Below are positions 26,681 to 37,600 of a stretch of 64,000 nucleotides of DNA, piece by piece. Under the pieces are notes generated by a model. That model was not told the DNA's origin. It worked only from the letters and a program-made list of their open reading frames with translations, and ran no database searches. The translations under genes and the position numbers were made by a program. Each line of letters begins with the position of its first letter. Position 1 is the first letter of the stretch. This DNA is from Takakia lepidozioides (Eukaryota > Plantae > Bryophyta), in NCBI GenBank assembly GCA_030704615.1, contig CM060732.1, positions 60,698,001 through 60,762,000 of the forward strand, given 5' to 3'.

Positions 26681-26771
26681 GGATACATATCTCTTAATAA
26701 TTTGATCGAAGATGAAATAAATGGATGAATTGCAAGTAACTTTACATTATCCACGGCTTCGGCCGGAGTCT

Positions 26772-26794
26772 TCTCTCTCTCTCTCTCTCTCTCT
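26772..26794. repeat. (TC)n microsatellite
   Basis: Direct reading. Confidence 0.95.
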
Positions 26795-29277
26795 ACATTA
26801 TCCACTAATAGTTGTACAACACATGTGCTAATGAGATCAAACATGTTCACCAAAAAATGAATAGCAATCACAAGTTCTTTTGTATAACTTTGTTGTACTA
26901 GTATTAGGTTTATGTTGGGTCTTCTCTGTATCTAAATTTAGGTGGAACCATTGCTGTGATTTCAGTATACTATAAGTGTGGTAGGTGGTTTGTTAAGCTG
27001 GATTTATTTTATGTATAAAGAGAGTATCTTGTCTTGTTCGAAGAGGATTTCCTTTCGGACTGGTATGGGAGTATGGTATCAGCGTTACCACCCACTAAAT
27101 GAGAAATATCAAAATGGTAGGAAGATCACACAAATGATGTCACAATTTTTCCGTTGTTTAACCATCTTACTTTTGGAGGAGATGAGTTCAATTAATATGC
27201 AACCATATATCTCTTAAATATGTTAGTCTTGATTTTGATATGATCGATCAATAAATACAGGTCATGTACCATTTGCTTCCGTCAAATGTTACAAAGCTTT
27301 TATGCAAAACATTGTATAATCGAGCATATCACTGGTGCTGAAATAACGAGGGTCTCGGGTAATGCAGATTGAGATGGGTAGGAAGTTGACTAAGTATACT
27401 TAGCCAGTTCGAGTAAGTTTGGAAGATTTTTGTCTAACAATTTTTGCATCTCATCTGGTGTTCACGAATTTGTGGTACTCTCTTGCTTCGTCTGAAGTCC
27501 GGAACTGATCTGTTTCAATTCAATCTTTCAGTTCCATTGAAGATGGCGGAAAATGAAAATGGAGAGCCTTGGAGAGGAAGATCTTGGATATCCAAAACCA
27601 GCAAGCACAAGATGTCGATCGGTTGTTCTATTTTTCTGGAATCACATTCAAGCTCTTCACGTGCAGAACTCCACAATGTATGCTGAGTTCTAAGCATATC
27701 GACAACAGGACGCTGTTATTTGGGGAGTTCCCTTTATTGACAATATCGTTGTTGGCGAGTTCGTAAGGAACGTCATCGGATTGGGGCTGGCGAAGCATAA
27801 TGAGGATGAGATAGACTGGTTTCTTTCTCGATCTAACTAGGAGATAGTATAGCAGTGTACTCTTGCTTATAATATGGCACATGACGTGCACGAGTTTTGT
27901 GTCATGGCAGATTCTGTCATCCAGCAGAGGCATAATTATACCCACATCGACTCTCAAGAGACATTGGATAACCGCGTCGCTACTGCACGGAGGCTACTCT
28001 CAAAATATCCAATATTGAAGAACGAGTGTCTAACCAAGCGGTTGTGCTTATATGTTTGGTAAGTGATCAACAACTGCTTATTAGTTGAAAGTGGATCCAC
28101 TCAATGTTTTTTATGTTAATTGCGATGTTATTAATTTTTTGATTCTGATTCTACGACATTTTGTTGTGGTTGTAGGATGTGAAGATGACCTAACCAACTT
28201 CAGCCCTTTCGATTCATCAAGTGTATAGATTCATCAAGGGGTGGCTCAATTGTTGCTCTTCAATACAACTTAAGATATCTTTTAGAGCTTGTAATTTTGT
28301 CATTCATATAACATATAGCATACATTGATGTTGATATAGCGTTTACAGGTGATTTGTCACCATTTTGTAATTCAGCATTGTGTATAACATGTATTAATAC
28401 ATTTAATTTGAATGAAATATGGATTATCCATAAACAAAATATCACTAGCCACATTCTTCACTTTATGTTCAAGCCGCATCCCCCATTGATCATCTACTTA
28501 AGAATCCCATAAGTTTTAAACCTAAGAAAGAAAATGAACATGACAACAATTGGGTCGTTATGAACTTGGGCTCATCTCGAATATGTTTTTGGGTTAATAC
28601 CATTGAAACTTTTCTCTTCTTTTTTACAAGCATGTTGTGACCATGAAAGGTGGATTTATCAACAGCATTAGGATTTCAACTCTTTCTTCTCCTTTCGGCA
28701 TCTGTGGTTTCCTGTAAACTTCGGTTCTTTCCATGTGGCAGGATGCACGGTGCGGTCCCCTTGCCACAAGATACTTGTCCCTTCCTCTCTTGTGAATGGA
28801 ATGGCCACCATCGATATTACAAAGGATGATGGAATTCTTATTGGCACTTATGTGGCGACAACGGGCAAGCCTGTCTTAGAGATTCTCAAAAACTTGAAGA
28901 AATCTGAAAAAGGGACACGGTGACATCTTATTTTCAGGTGCCAGTGAGCTTACTGACAACGATGTGCTCACTCCGGGAGAACGGATAGCTTTCGGCCAAC
29001 CATTTTTGCTCCATCCGCATCTGCAGCAGGTATTTTTGAGTGGTTTAGATCACGTGGTTGTAGTCTTCTTGATTCTAGTCATTCTAGTCATCGAAAGGTT
29101 TCAGTCCTAGCCTATGATGTAGACACATGTGCCAAATTCCTACATCTTTGGGGAAGTTCTCCACAACCCTTAGGAAGACTTAGGGCATCTTATTAATTGA
29201 GACAAGGCAATTCCAACTGAATTTTATAGCAATGTGTTTCCCATCAGTATGTTCTGCTTTCAATATGTGCTGCCTTT

Positions 29278-29516
29278 TGCGGAGATTCCACTGTCTATTC
29301 CGTGGAACCCCATCTCTCACTGAGGTCTTTCATTTATGAGGATCAGAAATGCTTGGCAGCTTATTTGCATGAGGCCTTGGCCCTTAGGCAAACACTTCAG
29401 CAATAGTTGCTTCTGGGCTGCTTTTGGTTGTGGTTTTGCTTCTTCTTTTGGTTTCTCCCTTTCGTCCCATCAGCTCTTTGAGCTTTCCGCGGACGTTATA
29501 AAGTACCATTTCAATT
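29278..29516 (+). mobile_element. Short 5'-truncated copy of the same LINE family as 10607-11620
   Basis: RRFHCLFRGTPSLTEVFHYEDQKCLAAYLHEALALRQTLQQ* matches the end of the 10713 ORF; followed by GAGCTTTCCGCGGACGTTATAAAGTACCATTTC. Confidence 0.88.
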
Positions 29517-31236
29517 TTTCTTCTCAGCCAGCCTCGGTCATCCACAGCAGCCATTGGAGACTGATCAGCCTCCTGCTGTTAGTTTGTGATGGCACATGTT
29601 TGAGCTCCTCCATTGCTTTTGTGGGTGTTTATCTTGTGATGCTCTCTCTAATCCTGTTGCACAAATGAGAAGCTAATTGTGATTTATGTGTAATATGGGT
29701 TGATAAGGACAATCCCCATTGTGTATCGGTTGAAAACATAATGTGAGCTTTATCAGCGATCAGCAAATCCTTGAACATGAAGGTGAATTCCTTAATGGAG
29801 CAGACGAAGGATCTTGAAGACATCCATCTATTTTGAACAGGGCAGGATTTACAAATTGTTGCAGCATGTGAAGTATTCAAATGGAGTTGTGGCAAACAAT
29901 CAACAAGACGTACCTTATGAGTTCTTTGTATTACATTCATCTTTTGAATTCTACATAGGGGTGTCAAAGACAAGAACATAACTGAACGCAAATAAGATAT
30001 CAGACTAGAGGTACAAGACTAGACAAGAAGTCAAGGTCGGCGTGGCCAAATGCATGATGGGTAAACATGAATCAAGATGATCTTTATAACAATCCATCGA
30101 CAAGAGTACAAGATACTAGAACTCGACTCGAATACTGGAATGATGGAAACTGGACTGGGGTACCAAATACTGGAAACTGGACTAGAGTACTGAAAGCTAG
30201 ACTGGAGTACTGGGACTGGGAATAAGAGTAGCTTGAACTTGTGTTGACGAGACTGAAGAGTGTCCAGTCTCGCCTCCTATATATACTTGCTACTAGCACT
30301 AAAAGAAAAACGCGGAATAACCATTGGTCCCCTTAACCACTCTTGTCTTTTACCACTCTATAAATCACTCCAAGTAATGGTAACCACTGGTCAGTGGTTA
30401 ATTCCGATGAAATGCCACGATGGCATCATATAGAGTGGTTGGAAGTGGTTTCAACCACTGAGTAATCCACGTGTAATAATATTTTTTTAAAGATTTTTAT
30501 CATTTCAAAATATATTATTCCACGTGGACGAGGATAATATACGTAGATCTGGAGTGGTTAAAGACCCCCCCAGTGATTGGTACCACTTGCACAGTGGTGG
30601 AATGTGAGTGGTTAAGACCCTTTTGTAACTGGAACCACTCTTCAATTAGGCACTTGTGAGTGGTTACATACACGTGGTGATTGAACCACTTATGTGGTGG
30701 GTTGTGAGTGGTTGAAGACACCCGAGTAATGGGAGGTGATTGAAACCACTTGATACTCCACGTGTAATAATTCAATTTTTATTTAAGATTTATCATTTCG
30801 AAATATATTTTAATTATGAATTATATTATTCCACGTAGACGGAGACAGTATACGTAGATCTGGAGTGGTTAAAGACCCCCATTGACACCACTTTGAGAGT
30901 GGTGTAAAGTGAGTGGTTACAGACCATTTAGTAACTGGAACCACTCGGCCAGTGGTTACGCGTGAGTGATTACATACACACCAGTGATTGGTATTACTTC
31001 TGTGGTGATACATGAAAAACTTTAGTGGTTTGTGTGTTGATGGAAAACCCAAAATCCATCCATCTATCGCTACATTCATCCATCCAGTCATGAGTAGAGG
31101 GGACTTAGCGTTTTTTTTTGTCTTCCCTACCACTGTGGCATCTGTTTGTTTTCTTTGTGTCAAGTTTGATCGTGAGAGACAAACATGATAGAGCTGTGTT
31201 TGTTTTCTTATAGTGTCGAGTATGATCATGAGAGAC

Positions 31237-31850
31237 GACGAGCGGAGCTAGTGGGATAGGGGCAGACATGGACTCAAGACCTAGAATCGGGGCATGAAGG
31301 TGTGCACGTTGGTGGAATAACCGCGATCGCAAGGTGTGGCTTTTCCTCAAACAACGACGAGCGGAGCTGGTGGGATAGGGGGCAAACAGGGACTCGAGAC
31401 CTAGAATCGGGGCATGAAGGCGTGCACGATGGTGGGACAATCGCGATCGCAAGGTGTGGCTTTTCTCAATGTACAATGACAAGCGGAGCTGGTGGGATAG
31501 GGGGCAGATAGGGACTCAAGCCCTAGAATCAGGGCATGAAGGCATGCACGATGGTGGGACAACCGCGATCGCAAGGTGTGGCTTTTTCTCAATGTATGAT
31601 GACGAGTGGAGCTGGTGGGATAAGGGGTAGACAGGGACTCAAGCCCTAGAATCAGGGCATGAAGGCATGCACGATGGTGGGACAACCGCGATCGCAAGGT
31701 GTGGCTTTTTCTCAATGTATGATGACGAGTGGAGCTGGTGGGATAAGGGGTAGACAGGGACTCAAGCCCTAGAATCGGGGCATGAAGGTGTGCACGATGG
31801 TGGGACAATCGCGTTTGCAAGGTATGGTTTTTTCTCAATGTACGATGTGA
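31237..31850 (+). repeat. Tandem array of five ~122-bp units inside the CACTA element
   Basis: Unit GACGAG(C/T)GGAGCTGGTGGGATA..CTAGAATC(G/A)GGGCATGAAGG..GCACGATGGTGGGACAACCGCGATCGCAAGGTGTGGCTTTT. Confidence 0.93.
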
Positions 31851-34643
31851 AGAAGTTTGTCTATCCTGCAAATGCGGGCTCTTGGCTCCTGTTAGACGTA
31901 CCATGATTTTGTATTCTTCCTGATGTTTACAAGGTTCTTCGGAGAGTCAGGTTGGTCTTAGCAGGTCGTGTTTCAAGGTCGTGTTTCAATCGATTCTACT
32001 CGCTCAGCTGCACCGTGGTGGTTCTCATGGACCAATCCGCCATTACCAGACTACAGACACAAGTAGTACATAGAAGAGGTCCGTTTGGGTTCATGGGGAG
32101 TCAAATCCTCCATGGGTCATAATACAAGGTCGAGGACAATGTGGTAAGGGCACCTTCTTCTTCGACCTATTTCAGAGCTTGCATGAGTTTTTTACCGATC
32201 CTTGCCGATGGTGGGACAATCGCAATCGCCAAGGTGTGGCTTTTCCTTAATGTAGGATGTGAAGAAGTTTGTCCATCCTACAAATGTGGGCTTTTGGCTC
32301 CTATTAGTACCATGATTTGGTATTCTTCCTGATGTTTACAAGGTTCTTGGGAGAATCATCTTGGTCTTAGCAGCCCGCTGATTCATTTCCTGATTCAACC
32401 TATTTCAGCCTGTTTTGCCTTCTTATCAGACTCGGGCCTGATATGCATATTGAATTCTGTTAAGTTAGCTCGTTGGTGCAAGAAAGAGAGTCAGCTAGGT
32501 CTTAGCAGGCTGTGAGGGCACCTTCTTCTTCAACCTATTTCAGCCTATTTTGCCCTCTTATCAGACTCAGGCCTGATATGCATATTGAATTATGTTAAGT
32601 TAGCTTGTTGGTGCAAGAGAGAGAGAGTCAGCTTGGTCGTAGCAGGCCGTGAGGGCACCTTCTTCTTCAACCTATTTCAGCCTGTTTTGCCCTCTTATCA
32701 GACTCGGGCCTGATATGCATATTGAATTTTGTAAGTTAGCTCGTTGGTGCTAGAGAGAGAGTTAGCTTGGTCTTAGCATGCCCTCTTCTTCAACCTATTT
32801 CAGCCTATTTTGCCCTTTTATCAGACTCGGGCCTGATATGCATATTGAAATCTGGAAAGAGGTCGACATGTTTGCAAAATGAAGGCCTTGCTTGGTGCTT
32901 GCAGAATCCATGGCAATGTGGAGATGGCTGAACGTGCGGCATGAATGTACCTTCTTCAACACATTTTCACCATGTTTTTCCCTATTACCAAAGTAGTCCC
33001 TAAATTTTCATGTACAATTCTGCAAGTTAGCTCGTTCGTGATGTGAGGTTGCATGAGTTTTATACCGATCTTTCACGATGGTGGGACAACCGCAATCACC
33101 AGGTGTGGCTTTTCTTAATGTACAATGTGAAGACATTCGTCCATCCTGCAAATGTGGGCTCTTGACTCCTGTGAGTACCATGATTTGGTATTGTTCCTAA
33201 TGTTTACAAGGTTCTTGGGAGAGTCAATTTGCAGGTCTTAGCAGGCCGTGTTTCAATTTATCCCTGCTTAGCTGCACCGTGGTGGTTCTCACAGACCAAT
33301 CCGACATTACCTGACTACAGACAAACAACACACACATGAGGTCTTTTTGGGTTGATGGTCGGTCAAATCCTCCATGGGTCAAGCACAATGTGGTGAGGGC
33401 ACGTTTCAGCCTGTTTTTCCCTCTCATCAGACTTGGCCCTGAGATGCATGTTGAATTCTGCATGGGTGATAAGTAAGGTTGGGTGTTTGCTGGAACAATT
33501 GTAGGCTGTCATTGTCAGCCGCTAGTAGCAAGGAAAGAATGTATGCATGATTTTGTGTAGAGCTTGGATAGCTGAGGGAGCAGGAGTAGAGTTTGGTCGG
33601 TCCAGATTCATCCAAGAGGGCGGGACTTCAAGCTCACGATTATCTATAATTCCGTGTGGATCAATAGCTGCAAGAAACCTGCATGGGTAGATGGTCAACT
33701 GGAAGCCACAACAACAACGGCACAATTGATAAAATCATGCATTGCTAATGAAAGCACCTTCTTCAATATATTTTCACCCTGTTTTTCCTCTTATCGGAAT
33801 CGGCCCTAAATTTTCATGTTGAATTGTGCAAGTTAGCTGGTTGAGTGAACCTTTGATAGTTTGGAGTGACTTTGACATGGTACCGCCAATGTGATAACAG
33901 GGAAGTATCCAGAAACAGGTAACAGCTGAGATGAGGAGAAGCTGTGGAATGAATACTTTTCTGACCCCAGTCCATGGTGGGACAATCGAGGAAAAAAAGT
34001 GAATGCCTGTTGGATTACAGAGAGTAGCAGATGCAATTGACCATAGTGATAAGTTGAGTTGGGTGTTTCCTAGAACAAATCTAGGCTGTCATTGTCAGGT
34101 GCTAGCAGTAAGGCAAGGATATATGCATGATTTGTGCAGCGGCATGGATAGCTGAAGGAGCAGGGATAGAGTCTGGGTCCAGATTCATCCAAGAGGGCCG
34201 GACTTCAAGCTCCAAATTATCTATGATTCCATGTGGATCAATAGCTACAAGAAACCTGTTGCATGGGTAGATGGTCAATTAAAGATAACAGCTGCAGCGG
34301 CACAGTTGATAAAATCAGGCACCTCAACCATGACCACAACTTTTGAAAGAGGATCAAGAGAGGTGGCTAAACGAGATGTGGTGTTTCAAGGAGTGCCATG
34401 ATTGCATGGTATGTGCAACATGGGTATGAGATTAAGGCTTTGGAAACCTAGAAGCAAATGATGTGGGAAGGGATGAAGCAAGACCAGGTCATATTCATTT
34501 GTGTTTGTAATATGCATATGGGAGCCTAACAGCTTTGGGAAGGGGCAAAGATGTTCATGGTGATATTATCAAAGCTGGAATTGTACCAGATGTCATTCTG
34601 AACATTCCCCTGGTGTACATCTACATCAAATGTGAGCTTGGCA
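31790..34643 (+). pseudogene. Captured, multiplied fragments of a PDF-motif (OSB-like) plus PLS-PPR gene
   Basis: Split PDF motifs: HEFFTDPCRWWDNRNR| (32176-32233); RLHEFYTDLSRWWDNRNHQ|TNPTLPDYR..SFWVDGRSNPPWV (33046-33390); EEKLWNEYFSDPSPWWDNRGKK|IHPRGPDFK..MWINS..AWVDGQL (33930-34285) reading on into PPR P-L-S motifs (34370-34643); PPR E motif at 32882-32944. Confidence 0.82.
32397..32850 (+). repeat. Tandem array of four ~125-135-bp units inside the CACTA element (last unit partial)
   Basis: CAACCTATTTCAGCCT(A/G)TTTTGCC..TTATCAGACTC(G/A)GGCCTGATATGCATATTGAA at 32397, 32531, 32668, 32791. Confidence 0.9.
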
Positions 34644-37600
34644 GCCCTGGCCCGATAAGAACATGAAGAGGGCTTACAATTTCGTTCGCCCGGGCATAGA
34701 CATTGCTGGCAATGAGAAGAAGGCAGGAAAACAGTTCAGTGTTCTTAGCATGCATGCGGAGACGCCGTGTAGAAGTTAGGCTCAGACTTTTATGGCTGGA
34801 TTTTATTGACAATGTTCCAGCACTTAACTCTCTGGGATTCTATTCTATTTTGTGGAGCTTGAATCCCCAATGGTACTTTTTTCACTACACTAGTGGTATG
34901 TGTTCCTCTAGTCATGTTCATAATCACTTGCACATCACTGTAATAGTGGTATAATTAAAAACTGTGGGAGTAGCCAAATGCACACAATTGCCTACATTAC
35001 CACTCGTATAGTGGTATAAGTAGTCACATATATATTACTGTATTAGTGGTATGAATTCCTCCAGTGGTATTCCTAATCACTTACATACCACTCTGTTAGT
35101 AATCACTCCAATCTATAGTTCCCACTCAGAGAGACACCATGGATGACTCAAACAGCTTACACACCACTCTGTAGGTAATCATTCCAATGACCTGCTGAGA
35201 GACGTCATCCACTCAAATAACCACTCTGTGAGTGATATTGTATATTCTCAATTTTCATAGAATGACTCTATGAGTCATTTTGTGATCAATCAACAAGTGG
35301 TTTCGGAAGTCATTGATTTTTTCACTCTATCCATTTCGTAGCACTGACACAACACGTGCCAATGCTGAGAGTGTCGCCATGTGTCGACATGATCTCCAAT
35401 ATCATCCACGGACCACCGGCTTACACGTGTCCACTACAAAATGGAAGTGGTTACTTTACCACTATGACACGTCAGTTTACCACTGTGACACGTCATAAGT
35501 GGTTGGTTTACCTCAGTGACATGTCACACTGGTTAATTTACCACTGTGACACATCAGCTAATATGTGGACCCAGACATGAGTGGTTCGAACCACTGTCCT
35601 TAACCACTGGTGCCACGTATTGTCTTTTACCACTCACTTGTCATAATCCACTGGTTCTTCATCACTCTGGGGCCAGAGTAGTTTAGTGTCTTTTACCACT
35701 CAAAATGAGTGGTTAACAGAGTGGTTATTCCGCGTTTTTTCTTCTAGTGTAGGAATTTCCCTAAGAAGTTTCCCCAATGGAGGTTTCTTGATGGAGAAGT
35801 TTCCTCCAAATGAAGTTTCCTAAGCAGTTTCCCAAGTTACTCTCGGTAATTTGGTAAACTTCCGGTAACTTGGTAACTAATGATAAATTATGATAAATCA
35901 TTGTAGCTTTTGGTAACATAGTAACTTGGTAACTTCTGGTATTTATTCCTGGTAAGTTTCTCTGGGCTATGTCCGTGACATCACTCCCTCCTCTAGCGCC
36001 GAGTTCCTCGAGGAGCAGTAAAATCTTGGACTTGCTTAGAGTTGGAGAACCTCCATCCTTAGCGTGTATCAGGTACACTGAATGTGGAATCTTCACCTTG
36101 AAGCTAACTTGGCTGACATCATCGTTGTGGCGTCTTATTGACGTGTAGCTCGGGGCTTAGCTGGATATCGTTGATGAAACTCTTGGACTTTGTCAGATGC
36201 ATTGGCGAGGTTGATGAAGGTTTTCACGTTTGTTCGCTGATGTCGTAGCCTTTCCAATGTACGAAATATTCAAGACGTTTATACTTGATGCGAGAGTCTA
36301 GGACTTTGTCGATTTCATATTCGATTTCCTGATTGAGTTCAATTGGTGGAGGTGGTACGGAAACTCAACCTGGAATATTCGATGGATGATATAACTCCAA
36401 TAATGAAACATGAAAGACTGGATGGATGCACATACTTCGTGGGAGTTCAAGCCGAAAACTGACCGAATTTATTTGTTGAATAATTTTGAATGGTCCCAGG
36501 TGTTGATAATCCAACGTTCTTGATGGTCGCAAGGTTTGTATGTCCCGTCAAAAAAGCCATATACGATCTCCGACCTAGAACTGGGGTTGGAGTTGGCGAT
36601 GTTGATCTGCATACTCTTTGTATTGTTTTTGAGCTTCTGCGAGGTGGAATGTAAGCTCCTTGTGAATCGTAACAAGATGAGTAGCAAGGTTTTCTGCAGC
36701 AGGGCTTCCAACAGTCTTTATGTGGAAATGGTTTGTTTGAGAATGATGACCATAATTGGAGAAAAATGGAGTTTGTTTGGTCAAAGAATGTATAGTGTTG
36801 TTGTATGCAAACTCAACCAATGACAGAAGGTCCGTCCAATTATCTTGGTGATAATTTATCGTACAGCGAAGATACTGCTCCAAAATCTGGTTTACGCGTT
36901 CGGTTTGACCATCAATCTGTGGATGATTAGCTGTTAGTATCCAATATATGAAATAATCCCCTCCAAAAATTTGATATGAACTGTGGTCATCGATCAGATA
37001 CGATGTCCTTCGGAAGTCCATGAATGCGGTAGATATTATTGAGGAAGATTCTTGCAGTTTTCTCGCCGGTAACCGTCTTATTATATGGAATGAATGTGTC
37101 ATCTTCGTAAAACGATCTACAATAACAATGATTGAATCGGTGGTCTTGGAAATTAGAAGATCCGTAATAAAGTCCATAGACACGGACGTAATGGTCAAAG
37201 GAGGCCGTAAGGTCGATGTCGTGGTCCCTTCGCTCTAACACACGTGTCGCAAGATTTTATAAATTCTTTCACGAGTTTCCACATCTGGGGCCACCAATAG
37301 TCCCTGGATATCAAATCCATTGTTTTGTTGAAGACGAAATATCCTGCAGCCGGAAGATCATGACATGTTTGAAGAATTTGAAGTCGTATAGGTCTTCGAA
37401 GTACATAGAGAAGTCCCTTGAAATAAAATAAACCATCTTTGAATTCGAAGTCGTTTGTAACATGTGGGTTGTCTCGAGGTCGATTTAGTTGACTTCGTAG
37501 TGTCGTAGCAAATTGGTCGTTCTTCTGTGTTTCCTGAATCTCCTCTATGATCTCTGCATCGTCATATGTGGACATGAATAACATATTCAATTGGAGATTT

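Larger units (their letters stand above)
30297..35749. mobile_element. Non-autonomous CACTA (En/Spm) DNA transposon with captured gene fragments; 3-bp TSD TAG
   Basis: TIRs CACTAAAAGAAAAACGCGGAATAACCA / TGGTTATTCCGCGTTTTTTCTTCTAGTG; TAG at 30294-30296 and 35750-35752; dense ACCACT/AGTGGT subterminal repeats at both ends; no transposase seen. Confidence 0.95.
29962..35980 (-). repeat. 3' LTR of the chromovirus, split by the CACTA insertion into 29962-30296 and 35753-35980
   Basis: Starts TGTCA, ends GTGACA; both halves align to 40654-41236. Confidence 0.92.

Noticed and set aside
31237-31850. Regular repeat array as a possible CRISPR
   Set aside because: Whole units are near-identical with no unique spacers, there are no cas genes, and the context is a eukaryotic transposon
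31105-31904. Repetitive minus-strand ORFs (125 and 167 aa)
   Set aside because: By-products of the tandem array; the meaningful signal (WWDNR plus splice donor) is on the plus strand
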